Source: Ascidiella aspersa (Eukaryota). From it: a DNA stretch of 64,000 nucleotides. The stretch covers positions 12,710,001 through 12,774,000 of the forward strand of contig OZ004608.1 in the NCBI GenBank assembly GCA_963924565.1, given 5' to 3'. This document shows positions 49,083 through 62,014 of the stretch, piece after piece; positions within the stretch are counted from its first letter, which is position 1, and every line of letters begins with the position of its first letter. The notes under the pieces are model-generated. The model had not been told where the DNA came from and searched no databases. It saw only the letters and a program-made list of their open reading frames with translations. The translations under genes were made by a program, and so were the position numbers.

Positions 49083-52000
49083 CGCCAAGTCTCCTTTTCA
49101 AGTGGCACAGGTGGAACTCGACTATACGTGGACTGCGCGCTGCCTCTCACGTAACGCTTATTTTGCGTGACCGGCACATTTCATGTTCACCGGTTATGGT
49201 TGTTAGAATTACCTACGGCTTTCCTATGGTTGGTAACAATAACGAAGGTAAAAGAACATGTTTAGAATATTCCTGACGTTGCGCAAAACACGCCATAACG
49301 TTAAATAACTAAATTATAGGCTTCGGTTTAACAAGAAGGGATGATGGTGTATTTATCTTTTCAACATATCTATTTGTCCTTTAATTCCGCCCTCCTCATC
49401 TTAAAGCCAATGCTACAACACTAAAAACAATGGTATAATTGCTGTTTAAACGCGCGTAAGCAATTTTTGGAATTCCTATCCGTACTAATTTGTAATGGTT
49501 GTTAAAGCTTACCTTTATACAGTTTGCGAATGTTAAATACTTTGATTGTAAAACACGTTTTATTCACAACATGAATTACAAGCGTTAAACAAGCATTTAA
49601 CTATTCTGTGTAGTATCACGTTGGTAAATTCAGTAAAAGCTAGGTAAATAACTGTTTTCGATATGCAATAACTAAACGCAACACGCCATAATAAAGCTTA
49701 AAACCGGCGCTTTATCGATACTTGGTCTATTCTGCCTTTTACGACATGTAAAGAGCCTGGATTAAGCAAGGGCTAGCACCTTTTTAAACTGGGTTCAATA
49801 ATTGTGTTTAATTTGACACCGACAAAAAATGAAAACAAACAAAACATCTTATAGCTTTCCTGTATATCCTGCAAATATCAACTATAATCGGTATAAAGCA
49901 TATTCTGCAGTCAACAAGAGTCGAATTGAGAAGCTTCGTCAGTTTAAGAAAGATTCTGCATCGCTGATATTCCACCGGAACAAATTAAAGCCGTTAACGA
50001 AGCATACCATGTTCGATTGTTCGTGCCAATCGCCTCTTCGGTTTTGAGCTTTCCGAAAGCTGTGAATGCTTGTACGCCACGGTTTACTCTTGTCTGTCCA
50101 CAAACAGAAAAACGCTCTCTCGAAAAAAAATTAGTGAAAAAAGTCTTGCCAATGCCAAAGCGAAGTGAAAAAGAGAATTTGAAACAAATGAAGGTTCGAT
50201 AGTATGCTAAAATTTGCAGTTTCTTAGACAGGTTTGCTTGGCAATATTAATTTGAAAATCCAAATTTTATCATTAATTTATCCTTGTTTACATACAACAC
50301 AAATCTTTATATTTTAAACGGCCCAAGGGCGAGCCAAGAACTTTTAAGACTAAGTCATGCGAAATTTCCGATTTCTGACAAGCTCCTTGATTACTCCTGG
50401 CGGTATTCTTTGTGCAGGAAGGAAAGCCTTGACCTGCAAATGACGTAGGTTACGCGATCCACAAAGGCTTTCGTCCGCTTGCTAGTGTTAAGTTTCACCC
50501 AATGTCCTGCCCATCGCAATGAAACAAAGTGCAACAAAAGTGTTTACAAAGCACTGCTGGGCTAATCATATAGCCTGGTGGTCGCCTCCGCCTGATATGT
50601 AAAATCTTGTAGTAGTTACGAATGTAAATCCATCAGTAAGTCCTTTGAATTTGTTTGACTTGTCAAGGCTCGCCAAATACCAGTTTTGCACGCACCCTGA
50701 TGTCGACCAAAGTTTTGTGTTGTGTTTTTGCATTTTTGTAATGTGTATTTTTAGCGCAGCCTCGGGTTTTTAATGTCAGTCTCGTTGGTCCTAGCTGGCG
50801 ACTTATTAAATATGCACAAGTAGGCTACAGAACACTTGGAAAGCACATATCTGTAATTCCAATGTTTGCTAAAAAGCATATTTGGAGATCTTTAAAAACG
50901 TTACTTTTTTAAGGATTTGCTTTTCTACCTCTAGACAAGTCTCGTTTTTAATATTTGCAATCTAAACTAGTAAACTAAAAGATCTGCTATAATTGTCATA
51001 TGGTACCCGATACAAACAGTCTTTTGTTCGAAGCCGTGTTAAGTGTAGTAAAACAAATCACACTTAGTCACTTAACTTAGCGAGATCGCGACAAGAAAAC
51101 CTATACTATGTTTCGTATTTAGATAAATGAAACATTAAACATAAACGATTTACATTGTATTTGAGCATTTCCGTTTTGTGTCTAGAAAAATATCTTTATT
51201 ACTCCTTTTTTACTGCAGCAATTAGTATACACATGAAACGCTACTAAATAACCCAGTTTTCCACGCAGGTGTTGAATTTAGGGTAGTTCACATGGTTTTA
51301 AACCTGAATGTGAGCTGTTTTTTCAAAAAAAAATTGAGTATGAAGCGTCTTTTAGTTTTCTGTCATAGTTAGTATAATTAACAGAACGGACAATCTATAA
51401 AAGTCATAAAAGATAAAAGGGGCAACAGAACATGCCTAATGAAGCGGCAATGTGAACCTGAAATTATGTATCCATACTAGACAAACTACTTGCGTTAGAC
51501 AGGTTTAATAGGGCGTTTACCAAGTTTTAAAACTCATTATATAGAGTAAATTTAGCCTGGTACTTGAAAGTTACGCAGCTCTTTATCTTCGGTATAGGCT
51601 TAATCCTCTTATATAGCGATTATATTGGTCGCCGATGCGGCATCAAACGTATATTGCCAAATTAGTGCTATAATGCGTAACAGTAGGGGGAATTTGTCAA
51701 GAAATATATATGAAACTTGCTTAAATCTAATGCCAAAGCACTGTAAAGTATACAGGTGATTTATATTATTTAAATTGTTACTATACGAGGGTGGGTAACA
51801 ACACATTATGCTCTTGTGGTCCGTTAACCGTGTGTATCATTGAATGTCGAAACCGACTATTTTTATCCGAATGGAATTGCCGCCAATTCGATTGAGCTAA
51901 CACAGGAATGCAATGACCGAATACCCTGTAACATTAATACCAACTAATGCTTAGCATCGTTAAAGTAAAGGCGAAAGCCCATATCGATAAGTTTCGTTTA

Positions 52001-53725
52001 AACACACAGACACGGCACAGGTCACGGGGGCAACCTTGTGAAATTATGCGTTAGATCTTTGCATAAAGACCATACTATATGCCACAGACGTAGGCTCAAT
52101 AGTCAAACGTTTATCCTTTAAGGACACCTAGCGGTATTATATACAATTTCATCTTCCCGCCTGGCGATTTACTCAGAGTCACAGTTATTGTATTTAGTCA
52201 CTGCATACAAAAATGTATACAAAAATAAAAAAAATAAAACAGCGGCGTTATGATAATTTCATCATAACGTAACGCACAATCAATTTTCAAAAACAATCAA
52301 TTTTCAAAACACTTGGGTTCTGGGGCGAACCCTTCGCGCAAATATTAACATGCATTTATTTGGTTGAAGTTGGCAAAAAGTTAAATTAAAACGATCCATT
52401 TATTTCCAGTAAAGGCACATATATGAGATTCATATATTGCTTGAAAGAACGGTATAAATAGTCCAATTTACCATAAACATTTCAAAGAGATATCCTGCCA
52501 TTGTATTAGGCATGGCACATGTGGACTGAATAGATTTCCAAAATCGACAAATCATAGTATTAAACCATTTAAAGTTTGCGAGAATTTGTTTTTTTCGGTG
52601 GCCTTTTATAGTTTACGCACCTGGTCAACATTGGTACTTGTCAGTTTAGCAAAGCAAATCTAAATAAATGCAACTTTTAATTACTTTGACGCAAACAACT
52701 CATTTGTGTGCGGACACGATTTTATTGCGTAGCAGTTTAACAAGGCACATACATCTTCTCCTTATAACTACAGTAACAAGTTTTATAACGCCACGTTATG
52801 ACGAGTTTGTGCCATTTAACCAAAACAAAACCTCCGTTTAACCAAACAAATGTCTTGATCAGGTTCGGTTAGACTACCACAGTTTAACAAATTTGAGAAC
52901 CAAGTTAAAAACCATAGCGTCCCAAAACAAAAATGACAGTACAAAATTATATTTCGCGCAAATCCGTTAGCTGAGATATACATTTGCTGGAAAACAATAG
53001 ATCAAAAGGTTTGGGTCTGATAGGCAACCAGCTAAAGTTCCTTTTAAAAACACATATGAAACATTTCCTTACGATTGTGACAATGCCAACGGTGTTACTT
53101 TATTTCCCGACAACCATTTGTCACCAAAGCAAACATATGGAAAGCTTTGTGTTTAAATTTTGTGAATCATAAAAACAGGAGATCCCTAATAAAAAGGCTT
53201 TTGACCTGATAAAGAGACCGAGGTTGGGCTTTGCGTTGCAATGACTGTGACGGCGCTTAGCGCTAAGGAATTTTAGGGCATTCCGCAAATGAAGGACTAG
53301 TTGTAAACTGCAAGGGTGGCCTAAATCGTACAGAATAATTTATTTTAAGCAGCGTATAGTATAAAAAAAAACATTTAAAACTTGTATAAAATTTATTGTC
53401 GCTGGGGTTAAATAACGTGCACAGTCAGGACACAATGGACAAGCAGAACCGTAACACAAAAAGCTTCTGTTGGGCTACTCGACAACCGTTGGTGTCAAGT
53501 TGCATTGAATGGGATACGAAGCGGTGTGAGTGTTACGGCAGCGTTATGACGACGAGGTAACCTTCCACAAGGATATTTGGAAAAGATAAATTACCTGACT
53601 GATCAATTCGTGTGCCGCAGTAAATGTATTACAAAGTTTCAGTACGTTTCTAGTTTTTAAAGTGTGCTGGTGACAAGATCTTATCTAAAGTGTATACCTT
53701 TTCAGAAAGTCTAATAAATTTCAAA

Positions 53726-56700
53726 ATGGCTAATTGTTGTTCGTCTGAATTTAAGGCGAAATACTTTCTGTACAAAGACTGCGCGCCGTCTAAGTTTTAC
53801 ACCACGCAGGTAAGGTTGTATTCTAACATGCCTTGAAATCGTTTTTCTATTAAATTAAAAAAAAAAACTCTCTAACTTAGACCGATGACTTATCTCTGTA
53901 ACAACAACAGGTGTGTCGTGCAGCGCTGTAGATTATTGGTGAAGGTGTTTTGTAAATTAATAAACTTTGTGAAGAAATGTGTTTGTTAAAAGTGAAAACA
54001 GTATATCGCTCACCGAAAAACATAAAGTATTGTACCCAGTGTGGGTGCTTTTTACATATGTCCAAAATATAGAATCGATGATCTATTTTTTTGTTTTGTG
54101 ATGTTACTAGTCATGACGTAATTTTTCGACATTTTTTTGTTAAAACATTTTCCGAAGCCCTTTTATTTTTTTCACAACCACTATGCCAGACCGTGCGGGG
54201 CTAACACATTGCTATGTTGACATAATATATTTTCTAGTTGAATTCATCTCCTAAAACGCTTCGCTACCTCTGTAACAATGCACCGTTCCCAAACCAGTTG
54301 TAACTATCTAAATAAATGTGCGTGTAAGTTCATATTAAATACAGAAATTGAGCTGGTGAATGTTTCTTATACAAGTAGGATGCACTTTTGCATACTTCGC
54401 AGTCAAAAGTGCAGAAATGCTAAACCTTATGTGCTTGAGGCCTGCGTAATCCATAAGTATATCATTCAAGTAAAGTTTCTAAAATATATTATACCTTGTA
54501 AAAAAAGAGCAACGTTGTTTTACGACAGGGGTGTGCAATCTTATAGTAACAGGGGGTTGCACCGCGGCCAATATTTGTATGCGGATTGAACCACAAGCAA
54601 ATCACATTTTTATCGTCGACCGAATACACCAGAGTGCGGCTTCGACAGCATATCAAATGTTCCACTATTTTGTGATTCTGTCTGCAGATCATATCTTGGG
54701 AAACTAAATTTGTGGTCATTACACTTTAATAATAAATTAAACATAATTTAGTCTGTATTCTTGTCGTGGGCCTGAAAATAAAACATGTCGCCGGTCACAC
54801 ATTTTTGCTCTGCAGGCCACAGGTTGCACATCGCTGCTTTAGACAAACAAACTTTGTTTCACGCTACAACGACTAAGACATGGGTGAATGTGGAAAAGTT
54901 CTCTTACCTAAACGATGAAAAATTTTCAGAAATACCGCCACAAAGTTACATCTTAACAGGGTGTTTGAAACAAGCTTATCGAAAACCTGGTGTTATCGTT
55001 CAATGTCGAACGCAAATATGCAACCGTATTCTTCGTTTAAATTTTTTTAATTGAAAAGGGAAAAATAACGGCATATAAGCCTTTAAAAATTGTTTATTGC
55101 AAGCCTTTAAATATTGTTTTTTTGAAACGATTAGGGTGTTGGCTTAGCTTAAAACTAAATATTACTATAATCCAATTTTTCCCCCAATTTCATGCCCTGT
55201 TGGACACTAAACGCTATGTCAGGGGTTCTTAAATTGGGGCACATGTACCCCTTGGGGGTACGTAGACTACTTTTAAGGGGTAAAGGGCCTAATTAAAAGT
55301 GTAGTGGATAAATCAAAACAAAATTAATTATACGAGCGTTTAAAATTTTAAATAAAAACAACATTTTTGTTTTTTTTCTCTTAAACGCATTTAGACTTTA
55401 ACATTTTTCGGATCGAACATAAGTATTTTTGTTTATTGACATTACTCTATGACAGGGCCGGATTAAGGTTTTCATGGACCTGGGGCTGTATGGTAGTCAG
55501 AGGCCTATTGTTCTTTTTTCATTTTGTTTATTGTTTCATTCATAGGCGTAGTCAGGGGGGCGCAGGGGTCATGTCCCCCCCAAAATTAATAAATATTTTA
55601 TTCCTAATAATTTGTTTTGTAGCATTTATGAGCAGTGCCACAACAGTCGATCACAGGCATGTCACACCTTCAATTGTCATGCACTGTTACGTCATAAACG
55701 ATCTAGTTATTATTACTTTTGCTATACATTAATGCAGTTTTACTACTTTTAGTCAGTTTTTGCTCTTTGAAGTTTGAATGGTTTGTGAGCATTGCGAACA
55801 CTAAGTTAGCTGCTGCTCGAAACGGTTTGCTAGCATTGTTATTTGTGTTCGTTACGGCAGTTAATACACGGGTAAAAGCTAAACAAAAAAGTTCAAACTT
55901 TTTGGCGCCCCTAAAAAATTTTTTCGGCTGGCCACTACCACAATTACCATAAAATAACATTGCTTTATTCACTTATCAAACTGATCAAATTAACGTGTTT
56001 TTCCAGCTGTTTGTAACGTCATCGCTGTATATTTTTTCTCCAAAATCTCGTTTTTTATACAAAAGTAGAGCTAAGGAATGCAACCTACTTAGACAAACGC
56101 ATTTGATTCTTTAGTCTTTTAAGGACTGAAAATAGGCGTTTGCCTAAACAATTAGTCATCATCAGACACAGATACATTCTTAAAACAACAGATAGCCCAT
56201 TTTCATTAATAAATCTAAACTAGTGTTTCTTAAAGTTTTTTTCATATTTCTCCCCTTAAAGACTCAAACACTGTTAATTCCTCCAAAAAAAATCGCAGAA
56301 AGGAATATTGCCAAAATTCCATAGTATATGGATATGATGTGCAAGGTGCGTTTTTATGATTTATCTCAGAGATAACAGTGAACATTACAAAAGTCGAGTA
56401 CAATTCAAAAACAATTGCAAAAATGCAAAGAAGAATTTTACGGAACGGAATTTACATAACGTATTTACAAAGTGTTATTCATGGTTAATGTGAACCACGA
56501 GCTTCTTGTTTAAATAAAAACAATGAAAATTGAAGAGAAAAGCATCTCAGTTTTGCCCGAAGATCTCTGCGTTTGAAAATGTCAAGTGTTCCTTTTTCTT
56601 GGTCAAAATATTTGTAATGGCACTAAAACCTCATTTAAATAAATATGTAGTCGAAAATGAAAGAAGTGTTTGCTTTACAACCGTTAATTTGGCATACTTA

Positions 56701-59700
56701 GCACAAAATTGTGGATTCAACCATATTAGCTGTTTTTTAAACGAATGGATTCGTAAAAGTCGCTGTCCAGCATTTGCTTTGGTATTTTGCAGAATTTAAA
56801 ATATATACTGGACCTACATTGAACTATTTATTTAGCACTACTAAGACTAAGTCTACAAAAAATTCAACTAAAAGTTTGCTAAAACAAACAAACAGTGTGA
56901 AACAGACATCTGGTGCTAGTTAACTTTACTTACTATGATGAAACAAAAGAGATTGTAAACCAAACAGACTATATTATGACGTAGTTTATCACAGTTAATG
57001 CAGCATAACATTGTCTTTCATAGTTTTCAAGTCTTATAGTAAGTGGACGTTCCCATTTCAAGTTGTGCAGTTATAGTTATATGTGTTAAATATCAAATAA
57101 TGAAAAGGTGATCCTTTTTCACCCACTTTTCCTCCCCAATTCCTCACTGAAATAAATTTCCTCCCCAAAATTTCAAATTCCCCACAAAGCGAGCCAAGTG
57201 GCTCCCTTTGAGAACCACTGATCTAAACGTTTTAGATATTTTGCTACTTTTGACATGGAAAGGGTGGTATTTTAGCGCTGCAAAAAATGAATCATCCCTT
57301 CAGGCATTGATTTTTCCAGTTCATCTGGGTAATACTATAGCAAGGTTTTAGCACCTTCTCTAATGCAGTGTTTCTTAACCTTTTTTACTTGGGGGCGCAC
57401 CTAGAGACGTATGCAAAACGTGGCGGCGCACCTTACGAGTGAAGCGAGCGCGAAATTTTTGAGGTGTACCGATATTTCTCTCAAATTGCCTGCATTTTTT
57501 ATTATATGGGTTTTACAGTTGCATATCTTTAAAGGGACTTAACGCATTTGGGACTAAAAACGCTATGTTGTCCATTAAAGTCTTATTCCGATTAATTTTG
57601 GACTTATTTCGACATGCTTTCTCCCTTCGCTCGCGGCGCACCTAGCAGCCTTCCATGGCGCACCAGTGCGCCGCGGCGCACCGGTTGAGAAACGCTGCTC
57701 TAATGGTTGAGACGTGGTATCTAAAATCAGTCCAACTTTAATATTACCTCACATTCTTACATGTTTTTTGTAATTTATTTGAACGTATAGGCTACTAATC
57801 ATTGCTATACCTTTTGCTCACACAGCATCGCAATTATTTTTCGAAGCATTCACGAAATTTAGATATTGTGACAATCTGGCTAAGCAAATGTACTGTCTTT
57901 AAACAAATTAATGTAGATCGTTGTGATTTTTTTTAGCATATAGCCTAGTCTTCTCATAGTAGATTCATTTTGTGTAATAACAAACACGCACTGACGTCAA
58001 AAGCTAGTCGTCTTATAAAAGCCTCAAAATAAGTATGATGGATATTTCTTTAAACCAGGGGTCGACAACCTAAGGTCCGCGGGCCAGATCTTGCCCGACC
58101 ATGAAAATCATCCGGTCCGCGACCTGATTTTACAAGCTGGACACAAAGTCATCCCCAGTTTAACTAACTATGTTTAAAATACTTGAAAGCCACACGTTTT
58201 ATAAACCTGTTTTATTACGGCCCGCCGAGAACTTACTGAGTTTGCTGCCTGGCACCAGTGGCGATAACACTAGATTTTAGCTTTACAGTTATTTTACAAA
58301 GATATCGTCGGTTGGTCCTATTAAATTGTTAGTGATGGGCCTATTTTTTGTGGTGGGCCTGGGGCTGCAGCCCCCTCAGACCCGCATCAATTCGCCCCTG
58401 CTCTATGACGTCAGCTTTCAAATTTAATGCTGACCTTGTCTATGCGCATAAAAACAATTTTAAGTGTCAGCGTTAAAAAGTTAAGAACCACTGCTCTACG
58501 TTATCTTGTAAGACTTTCTAAAGCAGTGGTTCCCAACCTGGGGTCCACGAAACCCTTGGGGGTCCGTGAGAAAGCATTTGGGGGTCAGGGGTGGGCCACA
58601 CGGACCCACGGTTGGTAACCACACCACAAGTATATAAAGTGAGCAACATCACCAACCACTCATGGTAATTATACAAGCTGTGTTCACTTTTAGTATTCGG
58701 ATTTTACACATCTCGCAAATTATTTAAGGTATCATTTAAACTAGTAATATTTACGCTATTGCAATAAAATTACAAATACGAAAACATCAATATTCTTTAC
58801 AGTACTTGTAAGAAAACCTATAATCCGCTATGTGCCTTTTTATGACAAAAACGCGGGTGGTGAAAATATTTAATGAGCTTTATTTTAGGAGCAGTATTTC
58901 TGTAGAATCGAAGTGCACTACTTTGGCTTGACGCAAAACAGCGACACATAAATGTTTTCAAACCATCAGGCTGCAATGATCAACCGATAAAACTCGCACA
59001 TACGTAACTTGTTTTTCTGCTGCAGTACAACTTTTTAACATGGAAATTTAGGCTTATACATTTATAAGATGATTTTGCTATCTTAGGCGAAATTTTATCT
59101 CCTAATGAAAAAGGTAAAATCGAGCACGTCAGAATGCCATACGCTTCGAATGCCATAAGAGTGCAGAAATGCCGCAGAATCAAAAAGCTGATAAAATCTA
59201 AACGAAACGCTGCTTCAGTTTTTGTTTACATATGTTATATTTAGGGCTGCGGAGTCGGAGTCTGACTCGGGACTAGGACTCGTCGGAGCTTTTGGTAGAA
59301 TGTCTTATGGTGGAATATTTTTCAATCACGTATTGTGGGTGAATGAGTTGTATTTCCTATAATTAATTTGCTGTATATCCACCTTATTTTAGTTACGTGA
59401 TGGGTTAAAGAGAGGCTAAAGGGTCAAAGACTCCAGGACATAAAGTTCGACTTTTTTTCTGCTGGAGTCGGACTATAGGATGATATTGACCGACTCCGCA
59501 GTTTTATGAGTTTCAAAATAAATCAGTGACCGGCAAAATGTGGGGCGCGGCCCAAATGTCGGCCATCTAGCCATTTTTACTGAGTCGCGAGCTGCTTGTT
59601 ATTATTTCAGTTTATCACGTAGTTGTGGGCCGCACGATGGCCATACACCTATTGTAATGCAATTAAAACGATTTTATCTGTTTATTTTAGCATATTATTA

Positions 59701-62014
59701 CATCTTAAGGCCGCCAAGCCATTCCCTTTAAGTATACGGTTAGCCAAGTCTAACTAGTTTAATGCAATATTTTTCGCATTTCGAGCAAACTTTAACCCAT
59801 TTTAAACTCATCTGTATTCAACATAAAGGATGCTGCATACTATGGCATGTCGCGCCGCGTGACTCATAAAAGTTCCTAAGGCTATTTTTTTTTATTAATA
59901 AAAGTGGCATTATGTCCAGCAATATTCGAGTCACTTTGAGTGCCTCTTGTGTCACGTAACATTTCAATCGACATTTCTCAAATTAAAACAAATAAACGGA
60001 ATCGATTAAAATGGTTTTCAGATTTGCACACAAGTTTGCTCTAGAACAAATATTGTTTTGTGTTTTATGACGTCACATCATAACATATATTTTTTTTGGC
60101 CGTTCAAAGAGCATTTTGGGCCGTCATAAAAAGATTGACCACCGATATTAATAATAATTCATATACCTGGTATTATCTTGCCTTTGTGCAATTTTTATCG
60201 GTATCTGTCTTCAGCAACATATCTTCTGCAATAATGAATTGTCTAAAATGCGTAATACCACTTGTAGGCTACCTCCATTGCAATTTATATTTGTTAAGTT
60301 TGGACAAACATACAAATATCTCTCATTGCATTTTTTTCCGAGTAAAGGCACAATTCGGACAATATTAAGCGGTTGTCTTCGAGATAGCTCGCCTTGATTC
60401 AACTGGACTGCAAGGAAATGATTTACCGTGAGATGTAGATGCCTAGCGGTTACAGCTAAAAACCTATTGATTTTCTAAAATCGGTATACTTATAGAGCAT
60501 GAACAACATACCGCACTGCTCAACATTAAACTTTTCGTGGAGCAAAAGTCAATGTTTTGTTTACAGATATGCGCTTGAATACATTCATGTCTAAAAACTT
60601 TGTTTTTTTATTCATATAGTGGTCAAATTGCGTATGGCATCTTCTACCAGTCCGTATTTTTCTCTGCTGCTATTGGCTCGGGTGGTGGCTAGCTTCAGCC
60701 ATTACTGGTGGCACGGAATACTGGACCTTTCTCACGAATTGGTCGGCTACGACGACGACCTTTTACTTCAGCTGGTCGCTTGGTGTTTGCATTTATGGCA
60801 TAGCGACTCGAGATCAGTGGCAAACGACCGGAAACTTCAAGAAATCGACAGTGAATACTGTCACCGACAGCGCTGAAAATGGAAAACCGGTTACGTCTGT
60901 TGCAGGTTAGTCCGTACAACGCTCTACGTCATTAAAACTAAACAAACCAAAATATTTATAAGAACATTTATTTTAAGTGTAAAAGGGTTGGATTTTTATT
61001 AAACAAAGTCCTTTTCTTATAACCTATACTTGCACGTCAGTCCGTCACAAAGTTCGCACAAGGCGCGAAAAAATGCGTTTCTTTCGTTCAATTCAGAAAA
61101 CCTTTAATTTAGAACAAGGCGTCAATCATTTAGTTTAGAGCACAGCAACATTTTTCGAATGGCATTTATTAAGGTGATTTTACAATTTATAAGTGTTATA
61201 AGGGCCAATGAGTCATAATCGTATGGCTTCAGCAATGAAAAGTCAACATGTTCTTTTATGCAAATTATTTTAATATCCTATGTTGACCAGTTTTTAAATG
61301 GCCCTAAATTTCGCGTCATTAACAAACCACGATACGCATGTGGGTATTTCATTCTATACTATTTGTATGCACATACCAACCTGAGGACTCCCGATGAAAG
61401 CCCCTAAACCACAGTTGGCAATCGCTATGGCTTAGTTGGAAAAGCCCTGGCTTAGTTGGAGCAGTATTCCACGATAGGGACTTACTATAAATACGGTAAT
61501 TATTTTCTTTTCGTATTTAGGAGAAGGAGAGCTGAGGTGGTTTCACATCATCAATTGGATTTTCCAGGCTGTCGCTCTTGATGTTGCCATTACAGTCGTC
61601 GTCCTGTTCTGGGCACTTTTTACGCCGATTATTAATCCGATAAGCATTCACACTCACGGTATAATCCTTGTTCTTTTGCTCTTTGACTTGTTTATTATTG
61701 CTTTTCCCACCCGCCTCTTGCACGTTTACCACGTGGCACTGTATGCACTTGTATACACCGTGTTTCTGCTTATCCTACACGGTGCCCAATATAACTCAGC
61801 AGTTTATTCTTTTGTTAATTGGTCAACTAATCCCGGTATAGCAGCCGGAATTGGTGTGGGTCTCGTATTCGTTGGCTCTGTTATTGTGCATTCCATTGTT
61901 TTTGGTCTCTACCAACTGAGATTGTTGATTGCAAAGAAAACTGTGTTCAAAAACTCCGAAGCAACTGGCGTTACTTTGGCTATGGAATCAGACAACCCTG
62001 CCTTCACACAATAA
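53726..62014 (+). CDS. rost: Protein rolling stone-like multipass membrane protein (about 287 aa, 3 coding exons)
   Basis: Exons 53726-53809 (MANCCSSEFKAKYFLYKDCAPSKFYTTQ), 60620-60905 (WSNC..YWTFLTNWS..) and 61521-62014 (LRWFHIINW..VVVLFWAL..IHTHG..D..P.RLLHVY..Y..F..Y..W..P). Phases 0 and 1 fit; 864 nt. Motifs are typical of Rost-family proteins. Confidence 0.85.
56221..57220. mobile_element. 1-kb non-autonomous hAT element
   Basis: Ends tagtgtttcttaaag / ctttgagaaccactg; perfect TSD atctaaac. Confidence 0.85.
57366..57697. mobile_element. hAT MITE (related fragments at about 8165-8355, 14795-14945 and 40989-41167)
   Basis: TIRs cagtgtttcttaacc / ggttgagaaacgctg; perfect TSD ctctaatg; shared gaagcgagcgcga core. 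Confidence 0.88.
59242..59506. mobile_element. Degenerate MITE with GGAGTC repeats
   Basis: tagggctgcggagtcgg ... ccgactccgcag inverted ends. Confidence 0.55.

Larger units (their letters stand above)
55453..58400. mobile_element. hAT element hosting several nested elements in rost intron 1
   Basis: Ends cagggccggatt / aattcgcccctg; perfect TSD ctctatga at 55445-55452 and 58401-58408. Confidence 0.82.

Noticed and set aside
55436-55972. Hydrophobic ORFs in rost intron 1
   Set aside because: They fall within a repeat also present at about 6463-7340.
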